A stretch of DNA of 64,000 bases, from the NCBI GenBank assembly GCA_965116205.1, contig OZ220493.1, positions 1,547,029 through 1,611,028 of the forward strand, written 5' to 3'. The notes under the pieces were generated by a model. It was not told where the DNA came from, did not search any database, and saw only the letters and a list, made by a program, of their open reading frames with translations. Each line of letters starts with the position of its first letter. Position 1 is the stretch's first letter. This stretch comes from Arenicellales bacterium. Lineage in GTDB: Bacteria; Pseudomonadota; Gammaproteobacteria; Arenicellales; JAJDZL01. Position numbers and translations under genes: made by a program. Below, piece by piece: positions 1 through 8,345 of the stretch.

Positions 1-1
1 T

Positions 2-481
2 GGCACGCCAGTTGATGATATTCAAACCCTTTCAAAGACCGTTAAGCAAACTGATCCCGGTTCTGATGTTTCCATATCGGTGCTCCGCGGTGGCGACGAG
101 GTGACCCTGCAGGGCACGATTGACCGATTGATGACCGGTGATCCTGAAAACGAGTTGGCCGCCGTTACTGACGCATCGAAGCGTCAGCCGTCAATGGGAG
201 CTACCTTTGCAGCGCTGACTCCGAACCTTCGAGAGAAGTACCGTTTCGACAGTTCGGTACAGGGTGTTGTGGTTACTGATGTAGAAATGAATAGTCCGGC
301 CGACAAAGCAGGTTTGAAAGAAGGCGACATCATCGTTTCCATTAACAATAACGCAGTGCGTTCATCTAGGGACGTCAGTGAAGCATTGCGATCCATCGAA
401 GAGTCTGGAAACTCGAGTGCGTTACTGCTGATTGCCGACGGACAAGGTGAGCAGATATTCATCGTGGTTGGACTTTCATAA
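2..481 (+). CDS. DegP/DegQ (HtrA) serine protease, C-terminal PDZ domains (5'-truncated by window edge)
   Basis: The frame is open from base 2. PDZ motif GVVVTDVEMNSPADKAGLKEGDIIVSIN and the C-terminal ALLLI...FIVV pattern are typical of HtrA. Confidence 0.85.
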   Translation, partial: GTPVDDIQTLSKTVKQTDPGSDVSISVLRGGDEVTLQGTIDRLMTGDPENELAAVTDASKRQPSMGATFAALTPNLREKYRFDSSVQGVVVTDVEMNSPADKAGLKEGDIIVSINNNAVRSSRDVSEALRSIEESGNSSALLLIADGQGEQIFIVVGLS

Positions 482-517
482 CATATTTCTCCTCCTAACC
501 CCTGGGGTTTGTCAGTT

Positions 518-549
518 GCCGGGTTCTTTCAGGGAACCCGGCTTTTTTT
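518..549 (+). terminator. Rho-independent terminator after the htrA-like gene
   Basis: GCCGGGTTC-TTTCAGG-GAACCCGGC forms a 9-bp stem followed by a T run. Confidence 0.8.
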
Positions 550-617
550 CAAGGATGAGTGCAATATGATTAAATTGACACAATGAACTGGAAGACCTCT
601 CACTCAGTGAGGTAACT

Positions 618-1304
618 ATGCGAATTCTAATTGTTGAAGACGATGCCGTCACGCGGCAGTTTATTGTCAAAGGGCTGACCGAGTCGGGGCACATTGCAGA
701 AGTGGCAGAAAATGGAGTGGATGGCTTATATCGAGCGCGTACCGAGGAGTTTTCTGCTCTGATCGTCGATCGCATGTTACCGAAACTCAGTGGGCTGGAA
801 CTGGTGCGTCAACTGCGAGCGGAGAAAGATACGACGCCGATACTAATACTGAGTGCGCTGGGTGAAGTTGAACATCGCGTCGAGGGTCTCAAATCGGGAA
901 GTGATGACTATCTGACTAAGCCATTCTCGTTTGTTGAACTGCTCGCGCGTCTTGAATCAATAGTGCGGCGGGTTGATCGAAGTGAAATAGAAACCCAGTT
1001 GACGGCCGGTCTGTTGAGCATGGACCTGATTAAGCGAGAAGTCAGATGCAAAGGTGAAAAAATTGATCTGCGACCCATTGAGTTCAAGATTCTTGAGGTT
1101 CTGATGCGGGCCGGTGGTCAGCTGGTTACCCGCACCATGCTCTTGGAGCGCGTCTGGAACTATAACTTTGATCCACAGACCAATGTCGTCGACACCCATA
1201 TTTCCCGATTACGATCAAAAATTGACCTGCCGTATGACTATCCACTGATTCATACCATCCGCGGTTCCGGTTACCGGATGAGTCCGCCGGTTGAAAGTGA
1301 GTAA
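618..1304 (+). CDS. OmpR/PhoB-family response regulator
   Basis: Receiver motifs MRILIVEDD, DRMLP and DDYLTKPF; winged helix NVVDTHISRLRSKID...TIRGSGY; RBS GAGGT upstream. Confidence 0.95.
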   Translation: MRILIVEDDAVTRQFIVKGLTESGHIAEVAENGVDGLYRARTEEFSALIVDRMLPKLSGLELVRQLRAEKDTTPILILSALGEVEHRVEGLKSGSDDYLTKPFSFVELLARLESIVRRVDRSEIETQLTAGLLSMDLIKREVRCKGEKIDLRPIEFKILEVLMRAGGQLVTRTMLLERVWNYNFDPQTNVVDTHISRLRSKIDLPYDYPLIHTIRGSGYRMSPPVESE

Positions 1305-1347
1305 CGAGGACGGCGACGTTATTGCCGAGTACAACGGTTGATTTTGC

Positions 1348-2781
1348 GTGGCGTTTTCGATACCAAAATTCTTCAGAAGCTATTCGTTTATTCTGTCGGT
1401 TATCTATGCTTCACTGTTTTGTGTGTCTATTGTCGTCGTTCTCACCATACTGTACTTTTCCTCATTTCAATTTCTCCGTGAACAGACGGATGCGCAGATT
1501 GATCAGGATGTGACCAGAATCATTGCCGGTTCCGACTGGCCAAAAACCGGTACGTTAGACATTCGTAAAATCATCAATTACTTGGATAACCGCCGGCGGA
1601 TTCACTCAATCAGTGATCCATCCGTTTATCTTCTTGTTGATCAGGAGCATAATTTTATCGCTGGTAATCTACACCAGTGGCCTATCAACTTCCCCCGTGA
1701 GTTTGGTTACCGTTCCGAGTTTGTCGCGCAGGTTTACCGCGCCGACAACGCGCTGCAACTGCATACCGTACGCGCCGTCGTCATGCCGGTGGCGCGCACC
1801 GGCTACACATTGCTTGTCGGTCGAGATATTATGGCAATCGAGGCCTTGCGTACGGGATATTTCCGCTTATTCTTATGGAGTCTCGTGGCGACAATTATTC
1901 TCGCCATATTTGGTGCGTATTGGGTTTCCAGAATCGTGTCCAAACGTCTTGAAAGAGTCAACGCGTTAAGCCGCGCGGTGATGGATGGAGATCTGTCGCA
2001 ACGGGTTAACGTTGATGCGAGTGGCGATCAGTTCGATGACCTGGCAGAGAACATCAACCGGATGCTGGAGAGGATTCAGACACTGGTGGAAGCAGTGCGA
2101 AACGTATCCGACAATATTGCACATGACCTGAGATCACCACTGACTCGGTTACGCAATCATCTTGATGAGATTGCCAGAGACTTGACCGGCAAAGATGACC
2201 CGGAACTGGTAGAGGCGCGCGAATCGGTTGACCAAGCAATGGCTGAAGCGGATTCGCTACTGCAGACGTTTGCGGCACTGCTACGTATTGCGCGTTTTGA
2301 AAATCAGCCTTTTGGTGAAACATTCAGTGATGTCACGGTGCAGTTGCTGATCGAAGAGTTGGCTGATCTTTATGCTCCCATTGCCGAGGGTAAAAATATC
2401 CGCCTCACCACGGCCGTTAATCCGAGCACTGCGAAAATATTCGTCGACCGTGATGCACTGGCACAGGCATTGTCCAATTTACTGGACAATGCGCTGAAGT
2501 ATTCGCCGGAAGGTGGGACCATTGAGATCACCGGCAATCACTTGGAAAGAGGCGTTGAAATCACTATCTCAGATCTTGGTCCTGGCATTCCGGTTGAGTA
2601 CCATCAGGAGGTGCAGAAACGATTTGTTCGATTGGGTGATGGTAGTCGTACGACACCGGGTAATGGCTTGGGTCTGAGCTTGGTTGCCGCGGTTGCTCGC
2701 ATGCACAAGGTTGAACTTCAATTCATTAATAACGAACCGGGCTTCCAGGTCTGTATGAGGTATTTCAGAGAGGTGAAATAG
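1348..2781 (+). CDS. Membrane sensor histidine kinase (HAMP-HisKA-HATPase)
   Basis: Two TM segments, H-box IAHDLRSPL, N-box NLLDNALKYS, G-boxes DLGPGI and GNGLGL. Confidence 0.95.
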   Translation: MAFSIPKFFRSYSFILSVIYASLFCVSIVVVLTILYFSSFQFLREQTDAQIDQDVTRIIAGSDWPKTGTLDIRKIINYLDNRRRIHSISDPSVYLLVDQEHNFIAGNLHQWPINFPREFGYRSEFVAQVYRADNALQLHTVRAVVMPVARTGYTLLVGRDIMAIEALRTGYFRLFLWSLVATIILAIFGAYWVSRIVSKRLERVNALSRAVMDGDLSQRVNVDASGDQFDDLAENINRMLERIQTLVEAVRNVSDNIAHDLRSPLTRLRNHLDEIARDLTGKDDPELVEARESVDQAMAEADSLLQTFAALLRIARFENQPFGETFSDVTVQLLIEELADLYAPIAEGKNIRLTTAVNPSTAKIFVDRDALAQALSNLLDNALKYSPEGGTIEITGNHLERGVEITISDLGPGIPVEYHQEVQKRFVRLGDGSRTTPGNGLGLSLVAAVARMHKVELQFINNEPGFQVCMRYFREVK

Positions 2782-2792
2782 CGAAGTGTCAG

Positions 2793-3053
2793 TCAATGCT
2801 TTGGTATTGGCGCTAAGAAAGTGCAATAGTGGGTGGAACGGCCAATGCAGATACATTTGACTTGACCCGCAAAGCGCGGCATTAGAGCTTTGAGAGCATC
2901 AAGGTTATCACCATGTACAATTAATTTGTTGTCGGATTTCCCGCCATTCAATGAGTGTTTAAGATCTGGAATGAGCGGTCGGTAAGTGGGTTGCTCATGT
3001 TGACGCTGATATACCGTCGCCCCTACTGTCTGTCTCGTTTTTGAATGATTCAA
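2793..3053 (-). pseudogene. N-terminal remnant of a type III RM Mod-like adenine methyltransferase
   Basis: YRPLIPD...NKLIVHGDNLDALKALMPRFAGQVKCICI matches Mod N-termini. Similarity stops exactly where the catalytic DPPY motif should begin. Confidence 0.75.
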
Positions 3054-3109
3054 ATACCGGCATCATTTTACGATAATTTTACCGGCTTATTTTTTCGGCT
3101 GAAAATGCG

Positions 3110-4021
3110 ATGTCCATAAACGTATCCGAATTCAACTCACAATACAACTACTGGATTGAACGATTTTTCGAGAATCATAATCCTGATCCGCTGATTATTT
3201 ATTTTTGGAACGCATTTGTGGGTGCATTATCGGTGCGCCTCATTTATACATACAGAAATTGGCATGAGACATCCATTGAAAGCTGCTTTAAGAACATCAA
3301 CGCGGTTGCCTCAGTGATCACCCAGTCCGGATTAGGATTAGGGGAACGGATATACCAATCAATCATCGCTATTGAAAATGAAGTTTGGCATGGCAACCAC
3401 TATAGAGTGGTATTGTTGTGTGCACCCATCGTCTGCGCGGTTGAACAACACAAATCAAATGAACTGCAGACTGGTATCATTGAGGTTATCGAGCAGGCCC
3501 AAAAATCAGACACCGAATTGATCTACCAAGCGCTCAGGCTTACCGCGCCTGCGTCACCTTTAACAGAGCAGTGGCGCGAAGCCATAGAATCTAAGACTGA
3601 TCTATATGCGATCATGAACGCTGCTAGCGCAAGGGACGTGATTGCGCGACAGTATGCATGCGCCTTTATGGATATTTTCAGCAGCGACGTTGTAGAAATG
3701 TATTCGAACCATATCCATAAATTCGGAGTAAAGAATTGGGTCGCTGAGATTTTTCATGCTTTTTCTTCAAAATTTAAAAATGGGCGTTCAGCGTGGCTGG
3801 AAAAAGAAAGAATGACATGGGCCGACGGTGGAATAGATAACAGCCAGTCTGGTGCGCGCAAGTCAAAATTAACTGCTCCGAATCAAACGATCGAGGAAGA
3901 GTCTCGGAATAAAATTGAGATGGATTATAAAGACTTAATACATATCCCAGACATGAGTGCCGATCTGACTGTTGCCGCGCTGTTTGCGCACGGCATTCAA
4001 AATTATGCCAAGTACGCTTGA
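3110..4021 (+). CDS. Divergent CitG-like (triphosphoribosyl-dephospho-CoA synthase family) protein
   Basis: GLGERI, VLLCAP, IYQALRL, AM..A..RD.IARQYA..F.DIF and SADLTVAALF resemble the CitG/Orf7 family. Several conserved motifs are altered. Confidence 0.6.
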   Translation: MSINVSEFNSQYNYWIERFFENHNPDPLIIYFWNAFVGALSVRLIYTYRNWHETSIESCFKNINAVASVITQSGLGLGERIYQSIIAIENEVWHGNHYRVVLLCAPIVCAVEQHKSNELQTGIIEVIEQAQKSDTELIYQALRLTAPASPLTEQWREAIESKTDLYAIMNAASARDVIARQYACAFMDIFSSDVVEMYSNHIHKFGVKNWVAEIFHAFSSKFKNGRSAWLEKERMTWADGGIDNSQSGARKSKLTAPNQTIEEESRNKIEMDYKDLIHIPDMSADLTVAALFAHGIQNYAKYA

Positions 4022-4137
4022 GTTGTAGATATGCATTCTACTCTCGATCAAGGTATGGTAGCTTACAGAGTCATTCATGGTTGCACTTCAACACGACTAT
4101 AAACAACAAAAATTGATCGCTTGTCAAGAGGATACCA

Positions 4138-4530
4138 ATGGCAGAGAAGATAGGTGAAGGTCACCAAGACGTGACTTTAGATCACGAAACGATTACGCAG
4201 CGGCTCACGAAGGAATTACGACACTGGTATTACGAAAATGGCCATATCTGCCGGCGTTACCGGACTGCAGGTTGGAAGGGAACGTTGATGGTGACTAATG
4301 CAGTTGGACATCTGGCCGAAGCATCTTGGCATCATCCGGACATTCACGCGTCTTACTCCGGCGTGATGGTGAAATTGATGAATCACGCGGCCGGTGGTGT
4401 GACGGAAAAAGACTTCGAACTGGCTAGAAAAATTGAACAGACAATTCACTGGCAACCAGGTTTGGAACAAGGTGCATTGGAGGGCACTCCCACCGATCCC
4501 CGCTTTCAGTATATTCACTACGATTCATAG
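4138..4530 (+). CDS. Pterin-4a-carbinolamine dehydratase
   Basis: AEASWHHPDI, KLMNHAAGGVTEKDFELARKIE and the C-terminal extension ALEGTP.DPRF.YI.YD. Confidence 0.9.
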   Translation: MAEKIGEGHQDVTLDHETITQRLTKELRHWYYENGHICRRYRTAGWKGTLMVTNAVGHLAEASWHHPDIHASYSGVMVKLMNHAAGGVTEKDFELARKIEQTIHWQPGLEQGALEGTPTDPRFQYIHYDS

Positions 4531-4561
4531 ACCGCACTGGCCTGATTTGAACTGCTGATCA

Positions 4562-5869
4562 ATGCAGGAATCCACCGACATTGTCCTCAGCTTAGGAGCC
4601 AATTTCGGTAACCGCCGGGCCAATCTTCGCAGTGGGCTTGATCGCTTAAAACAAGTCGGCTTCGTGATTGACAAAATCTCACCGACCGTCGAATCACCGG
4701 CTCAGTTACCACCAAAATCCCCGGCTGAGTGGAATCGCCCCTTTTTGAATCTTGTTACCACAGGTACAACAGATCAAGACTACGACGGTTTTCGGAGAGC
4801 AATTAAAGTCATTCAACAGAACTTCAGTAAACCCGGACAAAGCAAATGGAGTCCGCGGGAATTGGATATCGATATTGTTGCCTGGGGATGGCAGCATTCA
4901 TCATCAAACCAGCGGCAAGTAGAGCCAATCTATACCCGCCCCTACGTGTTGTCACCGTTATTGCACATCGCTCCTAGTTGGCCAGTCGCTCAGAATACAT
5001 TAACCGCGCACGAACTGAGTTTGACCGACCATATCGATTTCCATATTCCTCTGTGGATGGGGATTCTCAACATTACTCCTGATTCATTTTCTGATGGCGG
5101 GCGTTTCAGTCATATCGACGAGGTTCGTCGAGAAGTGGAGCATCAGATCGCAAGTGGTGTACACATCATTGATGTTGGCGCGGAATCCACTCGACCCCAT
5201 GCGGCGGTGTTAAGTGATGACGAGGAGTGGCAACGATTGGCACCCGTGCTTGAGCTGGTTAAAGAAGTCTGTTCGAACTCACCACTTCCACCAGCAATCA
5301 GTGTTGATACTTACCATCCGCGCACTGCTGAACAAGTGTTGCATCTAGGTGTCGACATGATTAATGATGTCACTGGTTTGCGCAACGATCACATGTTGGC
5401 GCTGGCGCGCGACAGTGGGAAAACATTCATTGCCATGCATAGTGTAACGGTACCTGCTGACCCTCAAAAAAATCTCGAGCAAAAGGAAGATGTCTGCCAG
5501 ACTTTTGAGGCTTGGATCAAGGAAGGCCAGCGGCTATGGGAGAAAAACGGTCTTGATTTGGATAAGATCATCGTTGACCCGGGTATCGGTTTCGGTAAGA
5601 GCAGTCTACAATCACTTGAACTGATGCGATCAGTCCAGCGCTTCCGGCGGAGTGGGCACCGGGTGCTGGTCGGGCATTCTAGAAAACGATTTCTTAAATC
5701 ATTTGCAAAGCATGAAAGCGCACAACTGGATTTGGAAACGATTAGTGCTTCAATGAATCTATGTGCGCAGTCGGTTGATATTCTGCGGGTTCACAATGTG
5801 GCGGCGCATGTCAGAGCGTATCTGAGTTGGGCGCATTTGTTAGCCAATAAAGGTGAAGGTGGTGCGTGA
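4562..5869 (+). CDS. folKP: Bifunctional HPPK-dihydropteroate synthase (FolK-FolP fusion)
   Basis: N-terminal LSLGANFGNR, FLN and PRELDIDI (HPPK), then MGILNITPDSFSDGG, DVGAESTRP, DPGIGFGK, GHSRKRF and LRVHNV (DHPS). Confidence 0.92.
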   Translation: MQESTDIVLSLGANFGNRRANLRSGLDRLKQVGFVIDKISPTVESPAQLPPKSPAEWNRPFLNLVTTGTTDQDYDGFRRAIKVIQQNFSKPGQSKWSPRELDIDIVAWGWQHSSSNQRQVEPIYTRPYVLSPLLHIAPSWPVAQNTLTAHELSLTDHIDFHIPLWMGILNITPDSFSDGGRFSHIDEVRREVEHQIASGVHIIDVGAESTRPHAAVLSDDEEWQRLAPVLELVKEVCSNSPLPPAISVDTYHPRTAEQVLHLGVDMINDVTGLRNDHMLALARDSGKTFIAMHSVTVPADPQKNLEQKEDVCQTFEAWIKEGQRLWEKNGLDLDKIIVDPGIGFGKSSLQSLELMRSVQRFRRSGHRVLVGHSRKRFLKSFAKHESAQLDLETISASMNLCAQSVDILRVHNVAAHVRAYLSWAHLLANKGEGGA

Positions 5870-6028
5870 AGCAAAGTCAATACTAGGTCCTCGGTGCAGA
5901 TCAATGTTCAATTTAAATTTATCACGATGGTAAAGTTTGATACCTTCACTGACAGATATCCCGGAACATAATTCAATCGTAATGGAATTGGAATGTATTC
6001 CAGTTTTTAGGAACTACCATTCTAAGCT

Positions 6029-7702
6029 TTAACTAGCAAAAAATTTGGCGAGGTCTTCATCACTTGTTGGTTGTTTTCCCTTCCGCCAATCATCTGCAAG
6101 AATATAATCTTTTCCATTTGGCAAGTAACAAAACCAATCCTTCCAACCATTCCTGCTACTTCCGGTGACCCAGCGCGATGCGGCTGAAAAAGAATTGAAA
6201 GATTCATCATTCAACTTTATTTTTCTGTTTACTATTTCCCCTTTAATTTCGCCGAAGCCGTAATACATCTTGATTTTTGTTCCGTTAGGCGGTAGTTGTC
6301 TGGATAGCCGTGTTGGTTCTTCATCAACAGATTTAGATTGATTACACCACCATTCCTCAAAGATTTCCGTCTTTTTTTTGCTCTTGGGATGGCACTCTCG
6401 ATGAACTAGAGCAGCGTTTTTTATTCCTGTTTTTCCGCCCTGTGCATGCGGGATGATGTGATGAATTTCACACTCGTCCCAAGCCACTCGATGATCCTTT
6501 CCGTTCATCTTACACCATTGACAATTTTCCTTATCTCTAAAAAACACGGTTTGGCGCTCTAGGTCAGAAAATGTTCTTTTGGGGTCCAGTTTTTTTGGAG
6601 AAAGTAACTCCAGCATCTCATTTACAAAAAAAGCGTGTCTTCGTCTGATATTGTTAGCTTGGTTGGATTGTGTTTGAGTAAGTTGACCATATTCGTAATA
6701 ATATCGATTGGCTGTCATTTCATGACTCTCACCATTTTTTATATTTTGGGCGGCCTCTGTTCGTCGAGAATCGAATTTGTACAAATTCTCCGCTAAATCG
6801 CGTTCCCATCCTCCGGCATATTCTTTCGATAATTGATTTATAAGCAGAACTAAATGTATCAAATAGTGTCCAAATAGCTTTGGTTTTCCTTGAAAAATGT
6901 CATGTAATTTCTTGCAAATGTCCAGAAAAAATTTTGCTTCATTTGAGTTTTTATCAAAATTCACATTCGAGTGATAAAAGTCGTCAATATATGACGAACT
7001 AATTTCACAAAATTTGCTCTCATTTTGCACTATCCGATAAAGCATAAATATCTGAGCAACTAGTTGGCGACGGTTACTTTCATTGGTAACTTTTGCAACT
7101 TCTTTAAACAGAGGTAACCCATACCATTTATTAACACCACTCTTTCCACCAACCGTGAGAACAAAATCGGTAAAGTTTCCAGGCCAAGAATCCCGTTTAT
7201 CTTGAGGTGTGAGTGGCGTGCCTCCCTGTAAGCGAATAAAGAGATCTCTGATATAGTTTTCATTAGGTGTCTCGATCACATAAACTACCAGCTTATGATT
7301 CATCATTTGGTTCTGGAGGTGTTTAGGTAGTTCGCTAAAACGTTTACCACCCCAAGGACAATCTTCACCTTTGAGGAAATCTGGAAATTTGAAGCCTGTT
7401 TTATGACTCGGATCAAGCAACTCATAGGCATCTTCACAAAAGCTCGTAATAGCATTCAGCCTTTGTTGCCCATCCACAATTTCATAGAATTTATTGCCAG
7501 ACCTATTTGCTAACGTTTTATGAAAATAAAATGCTGGGATTGAATATCTTCGAAATATTGAGTCAATGAACATCTGTTTTTGATTTTTATTCCACCGCAA
7601 TCCACGTTGATATTCGTGATTGATTTTGAGTGTCTTTTCTTTCTCATATTCGAAGAGGTCCTTCACTGTCCATTCGCTATTGACTTCTATTTCTATATCC
7701 AT
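6029..7702 (-). CDS. DUF262 (GmrS/ParB-like) + HNH endonuclease + C-terminal RAMA/DUF4357-like domain; putative type IV restriction enzyme
   Basis: YQRGLRW, IDSI...IP, DGQQRL and LFIRLQGGTPL; CQWC...EIHHIIPHAQGGKT...NAALVHRECH; C-terminal SFSAAS..VTGSSRNGWKDW. Confidence 0.8.
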   Translation of the reverse strand: MDIEIEVNSEWTVKDLFEYEKEKTLKINHEYQRGLRWNKNQKQMFIDSIFRRYSIPAFYFHKTLANRSGNKFYEIVDGQQRLNAITSFCEDAYELLDPSHKTGFKFPDFLKGEDCPWGGKRFSELPKHLQNQMMNHKLVVYVIETPNENYIRDLFIRLQGGTPLTPQDKRDSWPGNFTDFVLTVGGKSGVNKWYGLPLFKEVAKVTNESNRRQLVAQIFMLYRIVQNESKFCEISSSYIDDFYHSNVNFDKNSNEAKFFLDICKKLHDIFQGKPKLFGHYLIHLVLLINQLSKEYAGGWERDLAENLYKFDSRRTEAAQNIKNGESHEMTANRYYYEYGQLTQTQSNQANNIRRRHAFFVNEMLELLSPKKLDPKRTFSDLERQTVFFRDKENCQWCKMNGKDHRVAWDECEIHHIIPHAQGGKTGIKNAALVHRECHPKSKKKTEIFEEWWCNQSKSVDEEPTRLSRQLPPNGTKIKMYYGFGEIKGEIVNRKIKLNDESFNSFSAASRWVTGSSRNGWKDWFCYLPNGKDYILADDWRKGKQPTSDEDLAKFFAS

Positions 7703-8345
7703 AACTTTAATACCTCGAAAAGTGGTGCAAATTTAATTTGGTTTGCTGGTGCGGTAGTATTCCCAACAAATTTTCTATTTTCACATTTTGAAACCTGTCT
7801 ATGTTTCCCCAACAGAATTGAAAATGCATCTTGACAGACTTGATTCAATTCAGGCTGCTTCGATTTTTGTGTAAGTAGCTGATTTTGCTATAACCATGCT
7901 ACTGCTTATTAGCCAAAATATGGGGTGGAATATGAAAACATCAAGTCAGTAGAACATTACACGTGATTCGTTCCTGTCAGATTTGTTTGATCAGTTTCGT
8001 TTCTCCTTGACCCGCTTCAGATGCATTAGGGTATATTTGAGAATGATAAGATCTCAAACCACTCTGAAATTTTTTTCGAGGAATCTGGAGTGCTGTCAAT
8101 ATCGAATCAAATCAGTACTGAAACAAATGTTACCAATAGCCAATAATTGCCCGGCACCATTTGATACGGAGACTGGAAACTTTCACTCAAAATTCTCTCA
8201 ATTCGTAAGCTAGCCAATTTACATGGTGGGTAGATCACTTGCCGGTGGTTTCCCACTCTCATTCCTATTACCGCTATTTGAACATGGGTGAATGCCTGCA
8301 ATTAAACCATTTTGAATGCAAAATAATCCGAAGTAGAAGCAACCT

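Noticed and set aside
7703..8345. Possible small genes or ncRNA in the spacer between the DUF262 nuclease and RecQ
   Set aside because: Only short ORFs without motifs were found, and no convincing stable structure.
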